Source of the DNA: Escherichia phage mEp515
Sequence record: PP180003
Length of the DNA stretch: 53,673 nt
Strand: one strand, 5' to 3'
Below the pieces are notes generated by a model, which had not been told where the DNA came from, searched no databases, and saw only the letters and a list, made by a program, of their open reading frames with translations. A program made the translations under genes and the position numbers. Below are positions 36,130 to 44,760 of this stretch, one piece after another. How positions within the stretch are numbered: position 1 is the stretch's first letter; each line of letters starts with the position of its first letter.

Positions 36130-36156
36130 AAGGGGCTATTTAGCCCCTTCCTTTTA
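36130..36156 (+). terminator. Rho-independent terminator after major tail gene
   Basis: AAGGGGCT-ATTT-AGCCCCTT hairpin plus CCTTTT. Confidence 0.6.
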
Positions 36157-36167
36157 GGGTGAATACT

Positions 36168-36848
36168 ATGATCCATGTTCGTACAGGACAATTTGCGGCT
36201 GTGGTGAACGGTAAGCGCTATAAATTTAACCCGTGTTTCGCTGCGATGGCTAAAATCGGTAATGACAGGGAGCTTGTGGAATGTTTCGCAACCATCCACG
36301 GTAGCAAATACCCTTCACGATTACCTACAGATCCAGACCTCCGCAATCGCATTATGGCGCGGTGTTATGGTGAGATAGTACAAACGTCAATGCGCATCCT
36401 GAAATGTTGCTCAGACGACGAAACAGGCCCGTTATTAGGCGAATGCTGGTTCACTCCTTCGGGTAAATTGAGATTAAAACCGGGAATAATGCCAGTTGAT
36501 GATGTTATCACGCTGGCGCAACACTGCATGTACCACGGTTTAATTGGTGACGGCCCTGAAGAGGTCGCAAGCGATAGACGGGAAGGTGAATACAAACCAA
36601 CGTTCGACATACTGGAGTTTGTTTATTCTGCCGTTGCTCACCTGGGGTTATCAGAATCAGAAGCGTGGAATATGACAATGACCGGATATAGGGCCGCTGT
36701 GCGTGCTAAAACGCCGTCAGAAGCAAGAAACAAACAAAAACGACCAGATGTATTACTGGATAAAAAGGCTTATGACGATGGAATGAGGGAGGCTATGGAG
36801 ATATTAAAAAGAATGGAAAATAGCGAGCAAGAAAAAGCCCGGGATTAG
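36168..36848 (+). CDS. Putative tail assembly chaperone
   Basis: Position immediately upstream of tape measure; no frameshift site identified. Confidence 0.4.
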   Translation: MIHVRTGQFAAVVNGKRYKFNPCFAAMAKIGNDRELVECFATIHGSKYPSRLPTDPDLRNRIMARCYGEIVQTSMRILKCCSDDETGPLLGECWFTPSGKLRLKPGIMPVDDVITLAQHCMYHGLIGDGPEEVASDRREGEYKPTFDILEFVYSAVAHLGLSESEAWNMTMTGYRAAVRAKTPSEARNKQKRPDVLLDKKAYDDGMREAMEILKRMENSEQEKARD

Positions 36849-36869
36849 CCGGGCCTCTAAAATTCTGTG

Positions 36870-37229
36870 TTAGTTGAAATACGCATCAACTCTGTGGGCC
36901 ACGTTTACACCATAAGACTCGCCATCCTTAAACGCATTTAGTGACGCTTTATTATTTTTTGCCGCCTCTTTTAATCCATTGTACTTGCTATTAAGATCTT
37001 TCCATTCAGCGGTTTTTTCTAATACTGGCTTCATTGCGTAATGAATACAGCCAACGTTAAATGGCATTTCCAGATCACCATTACCGTCACCATGCTTTAT
37101 ATCGTACAACTGAGCATTATGCGCACATTCACGAAGTATGTATTTTGCAGACGGAGAGTGCTCAGCATTAGCATTAAGCGCAACCCCTGCAAGTACCGCC
37201 ACGATTAAGATTTTTGCCAGACTTTTCAT
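36870..37229 (-). CDS. Secreted/periplasmic protein of unknown function (opposite-strand moron in tail operon)
   Basis: 119 aa; signal peptide MKSLAKILIVAVLAGVALNANA with AxA cleavage site; two Cys in mature part; minus-strand terminator hairpin at 36837-36856. Confidence 0.6.
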   Translation of the reverse strand: MKSLAKILIVAVLAGVALNANAEHSPSAKYILRECAHNAQLYDIKHGDGNGDLEMPFNVGCIHYAMKPVLEKTAEWKDLNSKYNGLKEAAKNNKASLNAFKDGESYGVNVAHRVDAYFN

Positions 37230-37241
37230 ATTTCACCCCGC

Positions 37242-37331
37242 TTAGTTTTTGTTTTTCAGTGCTTTTAACATTTCTTCGATGAAGTCAGCATAGCGCTCAT
37301 GTTCGCTGGGGTGGTAGTTTACGTTTTTCAT
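37242..37331 (-). CDS. Small ORF (29 aa) upstream of secreted moron
   Basis: AAGAGGA SD; MKNVNYHPSEHERYADFIEEMLKALKNKN. Confidence 0.3.
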   Translation of the reverse strand: MKNVNYHPSEHERYADFIEEMLKALKNKN

Positions 37332-37488
37332 TTTCTTATCCTCTTTTGCTTCCTCCGGTCAATCCGGTCTTTTAAATCCCTTTGCTCTATCCCTTTCCTT
37401 TATCTTCTTTATACAAAATGTACTCGTTGAAGTGAAGCCATTTTGTATAAAATAGAGACATAGATCACATTTTGTATGAGGTTAAATC
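37332..37488. promoter_or_regulatory. Divergent regulatory region with three TACAAAATGTA-family motifs and TAGATCACA
   Basis: Motif copies at 37412-37422 (perfect palindrome), 37439-37449, 37468-37477. Confidence 0.4.
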
Positions 37489-40400
37489 ATGTCAACAAAT
37501 TTAGGCACAATTTATTACGAGGTTGATGCAAAAACGGGTCAGCTTCTGACTGTTCAACGCGAGGTAGATCGCGCAACTGGCAAAATGGAAAAGGATTTGG
37601 AGCGCGTGGATAGTGCCGCTACCCAGGCAAGCAAGTCACTGTCAAAGCTATCCTCGATTGCCAGCGCCCTGGGTGCTGCAATGGCAGCGAAAAAAATCAT
37701 TGAGTATGCAAACGCCTGGCAGGAGGTGAATAACAGGCTAATCAATAGCGTTCGTGCTGGTGAATCACTGGCAGACGTTAATCAGCGTGTATTTCAGATC
37801 GCGCAAAATTCACGAAGCGACCTTGATGCTACAGCAGATCTTTACGGTAAATTAGAGCGCTCGACGCGCGACGCTGGTTTATCGACGAAAGCACTTGGTG
37901 ATATGGTTGAAACCATTAACAAAACATTCCGCATTTCTGGCGCTTCTGCCGCTGAAGCAGAAGGCGGGATCCGTCAGTTGGGTCAATCCCTCGCCAAAGG
38001 TGTTTTGAATGGCGATGAATTTAACTCCGTTACAGAAAACGCCACCAGGCTGTCAGAGGGTTTGGCTAAATCACTGGGCGTATCGTCAGCAGAAATGCGC
38101 AAGATGGCAGCAGAAGGGAAAATCACCCGTGAAGCTATCATTAAAGCCCTTAAGGAAATGAAGGCGGAGGTTGATGCTGAGTTTTCTAAACTCACCCCAA
38201 CTATGCAGGAGGCTTTCACTGTTGCAGGCAACAACGCAGCTAAATTTTTCGGCAGCAATTCGTCAATTATGGGCGGGATTGGTGCTTTTAATTCGGCAGT
38301 TGTAACCCTGTCAGAAAACCTTAACGAAATAGCTACTGCATTTATTGGCCTTGCCACTGTGATGGGTGGCAGAGTGGTAAATAAATTCGTAGCTGCAACA
38401 GCAGAGGCATTAACTAACGCTCAGGCAACCAGGGCACAAACGGCAGCGGCACGGCAGGCCGCTCAGAGTGAATTGGCGCTAGCTAACGCTCAGGTGGTAT
38501 CAGCACGGCAATCAGCAGCGGCGGCGGCGGCAAGGCTGAGAGAGGCGCAGGCTTATGCTGCGGCAAATGCCGGAACAAAATTCGAAGTTCAGACGCTGAA
38601 AGAACTGGCTGTAGCCAAAGCACAGAACACAGCGGCATCAAACTCCCTTACTGCGGCAGAGCAGCGCCTTGCTGCGGCCCACACTGCGGCGGCAGCTAAT
38701 GCAGGACTACTAAAAACAGCATTTAGCGCTACTTTAGGCGCAATAGGCGGTATACCCGGCGCGTTAATGCTTGCTGTTTACGGATTGACATCATATGTAG
38801 ATCACGTAGATCAAACGGCAGAGGCAAATCGCAACCTTGCCGATTCAGTGGACGTTAGCACCGAATCACTGGAGCGAATGAGTAAGGCGGCTAAACTGGC
38901 TGGCGCAGATAAGCTACAAATATCAATGGGTCAGTTAGAGGAAGACATTGCCAGTCTTAACAAACAGATTGACCAGGACACACAGGCGCTAGAACTGAAT
39001 AAACAGGCACTGGAGAAAGCAGAGGAGGGGTCACGCGCTTACGCTAATCTATCGAAAGCTAATCAGGAAATAACGGCCCGTCTAACCAGGGAAGAAGCGC
39101 AGCGTGAAGATATTCTCGACCGCCTTAATCAAATGCAGCGCAAATATATTTTGCTTATGCAGGATACAGATCCTCTAATGAAGACCCTTGCCACTTCGTT
39201 GGGGTTGGTAGCAGACGCATACGGAAGAATCACCACAGAAGCAGAACGCGCAGCAGCAGCAACGCAACACGCTTCAGCAGCGCTTAACGCAGATCAACAA
39301 GAACTAATGAATCTGGCAAACCGCCGCCTGGAGCTGGCAAAACTCGACTCCAAAACAGCCAGCAGGGAAAAGGCGATTGATGGGTTTAAGCGTGAGGCTG
39401 AGAAAGCAAACCTGACCGGGGAAGCGTATGAAAAATACATGGCTACAATGACCAAAGCGTACGACACCGAGCAGAAACGCGCCGAAGCTGAAAGAAAGGC
39501 CAGTCATGGGAAAAAAACTGGCGAAAGCGAGGAGAAAAAACATCTAAAAGAGGCTGAACGCCTGCGCAAAGAGCTTGAGAAGCGGGGCCAGAATGTTGCA
39601 GACAAATACAACGTAGAAGCCGCAGCACAACGGAAATTAAAAGAGGATCAGGATGCGCTAAACGCCGCACTTAAAAGCGGGAAAATAAGCGCGGAACAAT
39701 ACAATAAGGCATGGAAAGAATTAATTGGAACCGAGGAACAACGCAAACGTCAGGCTGGTTGGGATAATCTGGTAAACAATGAGCTACAACTACGCGGGCA
39801 ACTAGACCCAATTCAGCAGGCGATGAATGAATGGGCGGTTCGCAAGCAGATGCTCACAGATTTAGGCGCTACAGAGCAATATATGAGGGAGCAAGAAAAA
39901 GCGCATGAGAGGGAAATGCTATCACTTCAGTGGGAGAGGTATAAGGCGCAGTCATTGACCAACCAACTGTTAGGCGATGCTGTTGATGCAATGAGCGGAT
40001 CTGCAACTAACGCGCTTGTCGGCCTGATTAACGGTACTCAAAATTGGCAACAGGCGATCGCTAACATTGGCAATACAATCCTTTCCTCCGTGATTGGTAC
40101 GATTGTTCAAATGGGTACTGAGTGGGTCAAGCAGCAATTGATTGGTGATACAGCAAGAACTATGGCAACAACCAAAGCACTGGCAGAGGCGGCAGCGTTA
40201 TCATCAGCGTGGGCTACCCCTGCATACCTGGCAAACGTTGCCACGATGGGCGGCGCTGGGGCCACTGGACTTACTGGGCTTACTACTGGCGTCGCTGCCG
40301 CCAAAACGCTTGGACTGGCTGGCGCTCGTTATAACGGCGGTGCGGTTAACGGTGGTAGCCTGTATCGCGTAGGGGAACACGGTAAGCCAGAGATCTTCCA

Positions 40401-40644
40401 ATCTCGAAACGGTGAACAGTATATGATTCCTGGTGACAACGGCAGGGTAATACCAAATCGCGACATTGGTGGTGCGGGTGGTGGTAACGTTAGTATAAAC
40501 GCACCGATTAGTGTTTACCCACAAAATGGATGGAGTGATGAGGACGCCAAAAAACTACAGCAGGATATGGAAAAGATCTGCATGGGCCTGATACACCGCG
40601 AATCATCCAGACCGGGCGGAATGCTGCAACCGCGCCGCAAATAA
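37489..40644 (+). CDS. Tail tape measure protein
   Basis: 1051 aa; long coiled-coil/Ala-rich protein with Gly-rich C-terminus. Confidence 0.85.
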   Translation: MSTNLGTIYYEVDAKTGQLLTVQREVDRATGKMEKDLERVDSAATQASKSLSKLSSIASALGAAMAAKKIIEYANAWQEVNNRLINSVRAGESLADVNQRVFQIAQNSRSDLDATADLYGKLERSTRDAGLSTKALGDMVETINKTFRISGASAAEAEGGIRQLGQSLAKGVLNGDEFNSVTENATRLSEGLAKSLGVSSAEMRKMAAEGKITREAIIKALKEMKAEVDAEFSKLTPTMQEAFTVAGNNAAKFFGSNSSIMGGIGAFNSAVVTLSENLNEIATAFIGLATVMGGRVVNKFVAATAEALTNAQATRAQTAAARQAAQSELALANAQVVSARQSAAAAAARLREAQAYAAANAGTKFEVQTLKELAVAKAQNTAASNSLTAAEQRLAAAHTAAAANAGLLKTAFSATLGAIGGIPGALMLAVYGLTSYVDHVDQTAEANRNLADSVDVSTESLERMSKAAKLAGADKLQISMGQLEEDIASLNKQIDQDTQALELNKQALEKAEEGSRAYANLSKANQEITARLTREEAQREDILDRLNQMQRKYILLMQDTDPLMKTLATSLGLVADAYGRITTEAERAAAATQHASAALNADQQELMNLANRRLELAKLDSKTASREKAIDGFKREAEKANLTGEAYEKYMATMTKAYDTEQKRAEAERKASHGKKTGESEEKKHLKEAERLRKELEKRGQNVADKYNVEAAAQRKLKEDQDALNAALKSGKISAEQYNKAWKELIGTEEQRKRQAGWDNLVNNELQLRGQLDPIQQAMNEWAVRKQMLTDLGATEQYMREQEKAHEREMLSLQWERYKAQSLTNQLLGDAVDAMSGSATNALVGLINGTQNWQQAIANIGNTILSSVIGTIVQMGTEWVKQQLIGDTARTMATTKALAEAAALSSAWATPAYLANVATMGGAGATGLTGLTTGVAAAKTLGLAGARYNGGAVNGGSLYRVGEHGKPEIFQSRNGEQYMIPGDNGRVIPNRDIGGAGGGNVSINAPISVYPQNGWSDEDAKKLQQDMEKICMGLIHRESSRPGGMLQPRRK

Positions 40645-40648
40645 TCAA

Positions 40649-40680
40649 AACCCCGGCGCAATGCCGGGGTTATTTTTATT
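40649..40680 (+). terminator. Rho-independent terminator after tape measure gene
   Basis: AACCCCGGC-GCAAT-GCCGGGGTT hairpin plus ATTTTTATT; near-identical stem to terminator at 33798. Confidence 0.75.
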
Positions 40681-40855
40681 CAATTTCATCATTTTTAAAT
40701 TCGCCGTTTGCATAAAGCTGTAATGCTCTTATCAGTTCGTCAGCTTGCTTTTTGTCTATTACAATCATCTCGCAGTCGCTAACGATCCATAATCTTCCGT
40801 CATCTTCAATACTAAGATCAATCCTTCTACATTCTTCAGTATCATGAATAATCAT
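40676..40855 (-). CDS. Small ORF (59 aa, acidic)
   Basis: Not in ORF track; weak SD. Confidence 0.25.
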   Translation of the reverse strand: MIIHDTEECRRIDLSIEDDGRLWIVSDCEMIVIDKKQADELIRALQLYANGEFKNDEIE

Positions 40856-40893
40856 TATAAACCTTCATCATGTTATTGATTTCGTGAATAAAT

Positions 40894-41064
40894 TTACTCA
40901 AATCTTGTATATCCTCTCTCAATTTTCCCTCCGTGTACACTTCTGGCAAATACCGCGTCAGTATACCTAAAAAATGGGCATGTATATGTATCCCCTTTAC
41001 TATCCATATATTTTAGCACCCATGCTATGCGTTTTACGTTGCTTTTATTTGCCGGATTTTTCAT
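40894..41064 (-). CDS. Hypothetical small protein (56 aa)
   Basis: Internal ATG with GGAGG SD. Confidence 0.35.
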   Translation of the reverse strand: MKNPANKSNVKRIAWVLKYMDSKGDTYTCPFFRYTDAVFARSVHGGKIERGYTRFE

Positions 41065-41327
41065 TTTATTTTTCCTCCGCAAATCACAACCTGCCGTTTC
41101 TTGCTATGTAGCTGCGAGCAAACATCACCTGCCAGATGTTCCAAATCTCACGCCACGTAAATTTATCATCTTCCATATCTCACCCCGTCGCGCTTGTATG
41201 GTTCGCCATCAGCAAACGGGATTAACTCATCGTTTGCCACCATTCGATTAAACCAGTCTTTAAGAATAACCAGGGAGAACCGGATCCCGTAACTGTGCAA
41301 TTCGCGCCACCTCATTTATGTGCCACC

Positions 41328-41834
41328 CTATTTACCGTGATTTGGATGAAAACCGTATTTAATTTCGGCTTCTTGCCTTGCCTTGATTGCATCATCTTTG
41401 CTTTTGAATACCCCTAAATGTTTTAATTTTCCGTTGATTCTGATAACTGCGCACCATTTACGCAATCTTTCAAGCCAATAAACACCAGCACAGCCGGATT
41501 TATTATTATGGTTGCGACTTCTGTTGTGGTTATTGTCTTTGCAGGTAACTAGCCGCAAATTTTCTATATGGTTGTTTACCTTATTGTGATCGATATGATC
41601 TATTTCCATTCCTTCCGGGATTGGTCCGTTGTGCATTTCCCATATAATTCTATGCTCTTGGTATATCCTCCTGTTAAACCCTACATGTATATACCCACTT
41701 CGTTTATGAAGGCACCCGGCTCGCTTTCCCGCATATCTTGAATTCCAGGTTTTGGAAACGCCATTTCTTGGCTTCCATAATATAGCGCCGTCACTGTATA
41801 TAAAATAATCATTCCAGTTAATTACTTGTGACAT
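41328..41834 (-). CDS. HNH homing endonuclease with AP2-like domain (copy 3 of 4)
   Basis: HRIIWEMHNGPIPEGMEIDHIDHNKVNNHIENLRLVTCKDNN plus AP2-like C-terminus. Confidence 0.8.
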   Translation of the reverse strand: MSQVINWNDYFIYSDGAILWKPRNGVSKTWNSRYAGKRAGCLHKRSGYIHVGFNRRIYQEHRIIWEMHNGPIPEGMEIDHIDHNKVNNHIENLRLVTCKDNNHNRSRNHNNKSGCAGVYWLERLRKWCAVIRINGKLKHLGVFKSKDDAIKARQEAEIKYGFHPNHGK

Positions 41835-42076
41835 CCGCGCACCCCTGACAATTCATTAAATTTGTGATGCTCGACGATTACCCATGCTTTCAAGTCCTGG
41901 CTATAAACACGCCAATCTAAATTGGCGCGGAAGGCGTAGCCGTAGCCGTCCTTTAATTTTTTGGGTGCAACATCCTTGTTTAAAAACGCGTTCAGAAGTG
42001 CTTTTGCTTTTTTGATTACGTGTCCAGGTGCGTTTTTCTGTGCTTTCAGGTTTTTACCAATCGCCACCAATTTCAT
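41822..42076 (-). CDS. Hypothetical basic protein (84 aa)
   Basis: Lys-rich; start MKLVAIGKNLK. Confidence 0.45.
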   Translation of the reverse strand: MKLVAIGKNLKAQKNAPGHVIKKAKALLNAFLNKDVAPKKLKDGYGYAFRANLDWRVYSQDLKAWVIVEHHKFNELSGVRGCHK

Positions 42077-42093
42077 AACACACCCCACAATCC

Positions 42094-42249
42094 ATTAGCT
42101 GACCACTTTCAGGAAGAAATCACGGTACTCATTTTCCTTCGCATTCATCATGAATTGACCGTATTTGAATGCGTCATCAAAGCCTTTAACTATCGCCACT
42201 TCCACCTGTTCGAATGCGTTGTTCAGCATTACCACTACATAACGCTTCA
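42094..42249 (-). CDS. Hypothetical small protein (51 aa)
   Basis: Not in ORF track; AAGGGGG SD. Confidence 0.35.
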
Positions 42250-42419
42250 TGTTGGCCCCCTTTGTCGGTACTGCTTTTTCTTCTTGCTTACTATATACAT
42301 CTTGTCACGCCTTATGTGAAGCCATTTTGTAAACTGGTTATAATTCTTGTGATGAATTTCTCATTTTTCGCGTAGAAGCGCGTAAAGATGTATGCAATAT
42401 GTAACTTATAGGGGGAATC

Positions 42420-42773
42420 ATGCCAGAAGTTTTCAGATGGACGCCGCAAAGAAGCTACAGCGTGACCAGGGAACCAAATGTGTCTGTCATTAAACTTGGT
42501 GATGGGTATGAACAGCGCCAGGCGAAAGGGATTAACACATTGCTTGACAGCTACACCCTGGTCTTTAAAGGCAGTAGCGCAGGATGCGGTGATGGTGGGA
42601 ACGTGGCGATCCAGGCAGAAGCATTCTTGAGGGCGCGCGGCGCTGTCGATGCTTTCTACTGGACGCCTTCGATGGATGGGGTGCAAAGGCTTTTCGTTTG
42701 CCGTAGCTGGAGCATGACCAAAGACGGGCCTGTGTACACGCTAAACGCAACGTTTGAACAAGTTGTTGGCTAA
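42420..42773 (+). CDS. Minor tail protein M (lambda gpM-like)
   Basis: 117 aa; FRWTP...GDGYEQRQ...FYWTP...ATFEQVVG matches lambda gpM landmarks as I recall them. Confidence 0.85.
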   Translation: MPEVFRWTPQRSYSVTREPNVSVIKLGDGYEQRQAKGINTLLDSYTLVFKGSSAGCGDGGNVAIQAEAFLRARGAVDAFYWTPSMDGVQRLFVCRSWSMTKDGPVYTLNATFEQVVG

Positions 42774-42784
42774 TGGGGGTTGTT

Positions 42785-42970
42785 ATGTACGGGACTTGTG
42801 TAGTTGACAAAACTTACGCTTTTACATTGTTTGACGACTATGAGATCAACGACCTTACTGTAAAGGCTGACAATGGCGATACATGGTATCTTCATGATGT
42901 TGGTGATGGTTATGTGGGATGCAGATCCAGAGAAGGCAAGGAGGTTTTATTTTTGGTTGATGGCGTATAA
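42785..42970 (+). CDS. Hypothetical small protein (61 aa)
   Basis: ATG with GGGGG SD. Confidence 0.35.
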   Translation: MYGTCVVDKTYAFTLFDDYEINDLTVKADNGDTWYLHDVGDGYVGCRSREGKEVLFLVDGV

Positions 42971-42974
42971 TAAC

Positions 42975-43000
42975 AACCCCGCTTCGCGCGGGGTTTTCTT
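42975..43000 (+). terminator. Rho-independent terminator
   Basis: AACCCCGC-TTCGC-GCGGGGTT hairpin plus TTTCTT. Confidence 0.7.
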
Positions 43001-43001
43001 G

Positions 43002-43139
43002 TCAGTAGTTAATGTGCATCAAACTCATTGGGTGAGCGTGCGCCATGTTGTTTGCTATTGCCGCCCAGTCCCAACCAGCAGCGTGAACACCAAATACGAT
43101 CAAGCCCATTATTATTAGCGCCAAAACTTCTATTTTCAT
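43002..43139 (-). CDS. Small membrane peptide (45 aa)
   Basis: AGGTGA SD; MKIEVLALIIMGLIVFGVHAAG TM segment. Confidence 0.3.
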   Translation of the reverse strand: MKIEVLALIIMGLIVFGVHAAGWDWAAIANNMAHAHPMSLMHINY

Positions 43140-43149
43140 AATCTGTCAC

Positions 43150-43398
43150 CTATAAGTTATCACGCAGATAATTAACGCCCTTATCAGTAACGAATGAATG
43201 GTTGACCTGGTTTTCATCCGTCATGATGATGAATAACTTTTCCTGTAGGTATTTCGCTTTCGGGTACAGTGTTAAACAGACCTGGTACAGTATCCCGCGC
43301 TCAATCAGCAAATGAATAAATTCGTGTTCATGATAACCGATAAGGCGGGCGGCCTGTTTCAACGTGTACACATAATCCCCGTGATTACGCCGCGCCAT
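43150..43398 (-). CDS. Small HTH DNA-binding protein (82 aa)
   Basis: HTH-like YTLKQAARLIGYHEHEFIHLLIERGIL. Confidence 0.5.
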   Translation of the reverse strand: MARRNHGDYVYTLKQAARLIGYHEHEFIHLLIERGILYQVCLTLYPKAKYLQEKLFIIMTDENQVNHSFVTDKGVNYLRDNL

Positions 43399-43407
43399 AC
43401 TCCCACC

Positions 43408-43758
43408 CTATTTATTGAACGCAGACAAATTGTCGATACAGAAATCTTTAGCCGCTTTTTCGTATTCACGTTTTGCTTCAGGATCGTCAGCCGGGAAACC
43501 TTTTGCGTGTATTTCGCCAGGGCAAGACTGATCCATAGAATCAGCAAATTCAACATTGACGTTAAAGTTAATATCTTTCGGGTTCATCTCTTCCACCTTA
43601 TCCGGTACTTGGACCGGAGTAATATCAAAATCACGATAGTTAAACCCACAGCGAAGTAATTCACGACCTTCATCACGCGCCGCAGCATATGTGTCAAATA
43701 GGCCCATGCGTTCCCATCCGCATTTATTGGTAAACACGTCTAAACTGTATTTTTGCAT
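43408..43758 (-). CDS. Hypothetical protein (116 aa)
   Basis: ORF; no motif recognised. Confidence 0.5.
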   Translation of the reverse strand: MQKYSLDVFTNKCGWERMGLFDTYAAARDEGRELLRCGFNYRDFDITPVQVPDKVEEMNPKDINFNVNVEFADSMDQSCPGEIHAKGFPADDPEAKREYEKAAKDFCIDNLSAFNK

Positions 43759-43770
43759 TTTGTTAACCTC

Positions 43771-43926
43771 TCATTTGACGGGTTCGATCTCGTACCCCAA
43801 AACGCGTTCGTCTTCAGCAAGTAAAAGCGCGTCAACCAGCGCATCGCCTTCATCTTTATACAGGGCCACAAGCATTTCCCTGCCATCAGCCAGGAACACC
43901 GTCAACCTCCACACCTTATCATCCAT
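43771..43926 (-). CDS. Small acidic protein (51 aa)
   Basis: Internal ATG with strong GGAGGTG SD; first gene of minus-strand island. Confidence 0.4.
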   Translation of the reverse strand: MDDKVWRLTVFLADGREMLVALYKDEGDALVDALLLAEDERVLGYEIEPVK

Positions 43927-44053
43927 CGCACACCTCCGCGCCATTTTGTTAACCCTGCTTCCTTTTGAGTACAATATACATATTGTAAAAAGCGCTATCA
44001 ACCGTTTTGGTATGATTTAGCGTGACGTAGATCACAAATTGCAAGGTGATAAA

Positions 44054-44758
44054 ATGCGCAGCATACCTACAGAAATGATTATTGATTCCGTGGATGCCGG
44101 AGTCGGCGCGGTAATTGACTTGTTTGAATTAGACCTCACGCCCCTGGGTGGCGAGGTTATCCGCTTCCATTCCGGCGCGAATGGCTATTACGGCCCGGTT
44201 ATCTGGAAGGGGGTGGCCTACAACAGCTACCCAATCGAGGCGACTGGCTTCGAAATGAAAAACGAAGGCGTTTACTCACGCCCACAAATGGTAGTAGCCA
44301 ACATCGGCGGGCTAATCACCGGGATGAATAACGATTTTAACGACCTGCGAGGAATGAAGGTTACGCGCCGCCAGGTGGAGGTAAAATACCTGGACGCCGT
44401 TAATTTCCCCAACGGCAACCCGGATGCAGATCCATCTATTGAGGCTGTGTCTTTTTACGTCGTTGAAGCGATGAGTGAAGAAACAGCCGACCAGGTGCAA
44501 TATGAACTGTCAACGCCAATTGATGCTGATAAGGCGGTTATCCCTGGGCGCACAATTCTCGCTGACGTTTGCCAGTGGCAATATCGCGGCGACGGTTGCG
44601 GATACAGTGGCGGCCCTGTAGCTACAGATAAAGACGAATCGACCAGCGATCCAAAACTGGATAGATGCAGCCACCGCCTGAGCGGTTGCCGTTTGCGTTT
44701 TCCGCGCCCCAACCCGTTACCAATTTCCTGTTTCCCGGGATCAAGCAAGGTGGGTTGA
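44054..44758 (+). CDS. Minor tail protein L (lambda gpL-like)
   Basis: YLDAVNFPNGNPDADP, ADVCQWQYRGDGCGYSG and Cys cluster CSHRLSGCRLRF parallel lambda gpL. Confidence 0.9.
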   Translation: MRSIPTEMIIDSVDAGVGAVIDLFELDLTPLGGEVIRFHSGANGYYGPVIWKGVAYNSYPIEATGFEMKNEGVYSRPQMVVANIGGLITGMNNDFNDLRGMKVTRRQVEVKYLDAVNFPNGNPDADPSIEAVSFYVVEAMSEETADQVQYELSTPIDADKAVIPGRTILADVCQWQYRGDGCGYSGGPVATDKDESTSDPKLDRCSHRLSGCRLRFPRPNPLPISCFPGSSKVG

Positions 44759-44760
44759 TT

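Noticed and set aside
36168-36848. Programmed -1 frameshift (G/GT-type) in the tail assembly chaperone
   Set aside because: No slippery heptamer with a downstream extended frame could be found by eye; the downstream frame is occupied by the opposite-strand moron.
37554-40524. Multiple minus-strand ORFs inside the tape measure gene
   Set aside because: All antisense to a 1051-codon gene with strong coding character; typical shadow ORFs in Ala-rich sequence.
41027-41251. Plus-strand 74-aa ORF in the tail island
   Set aside because: Antisense to better-supported minus-strand small ORFs; no SD.
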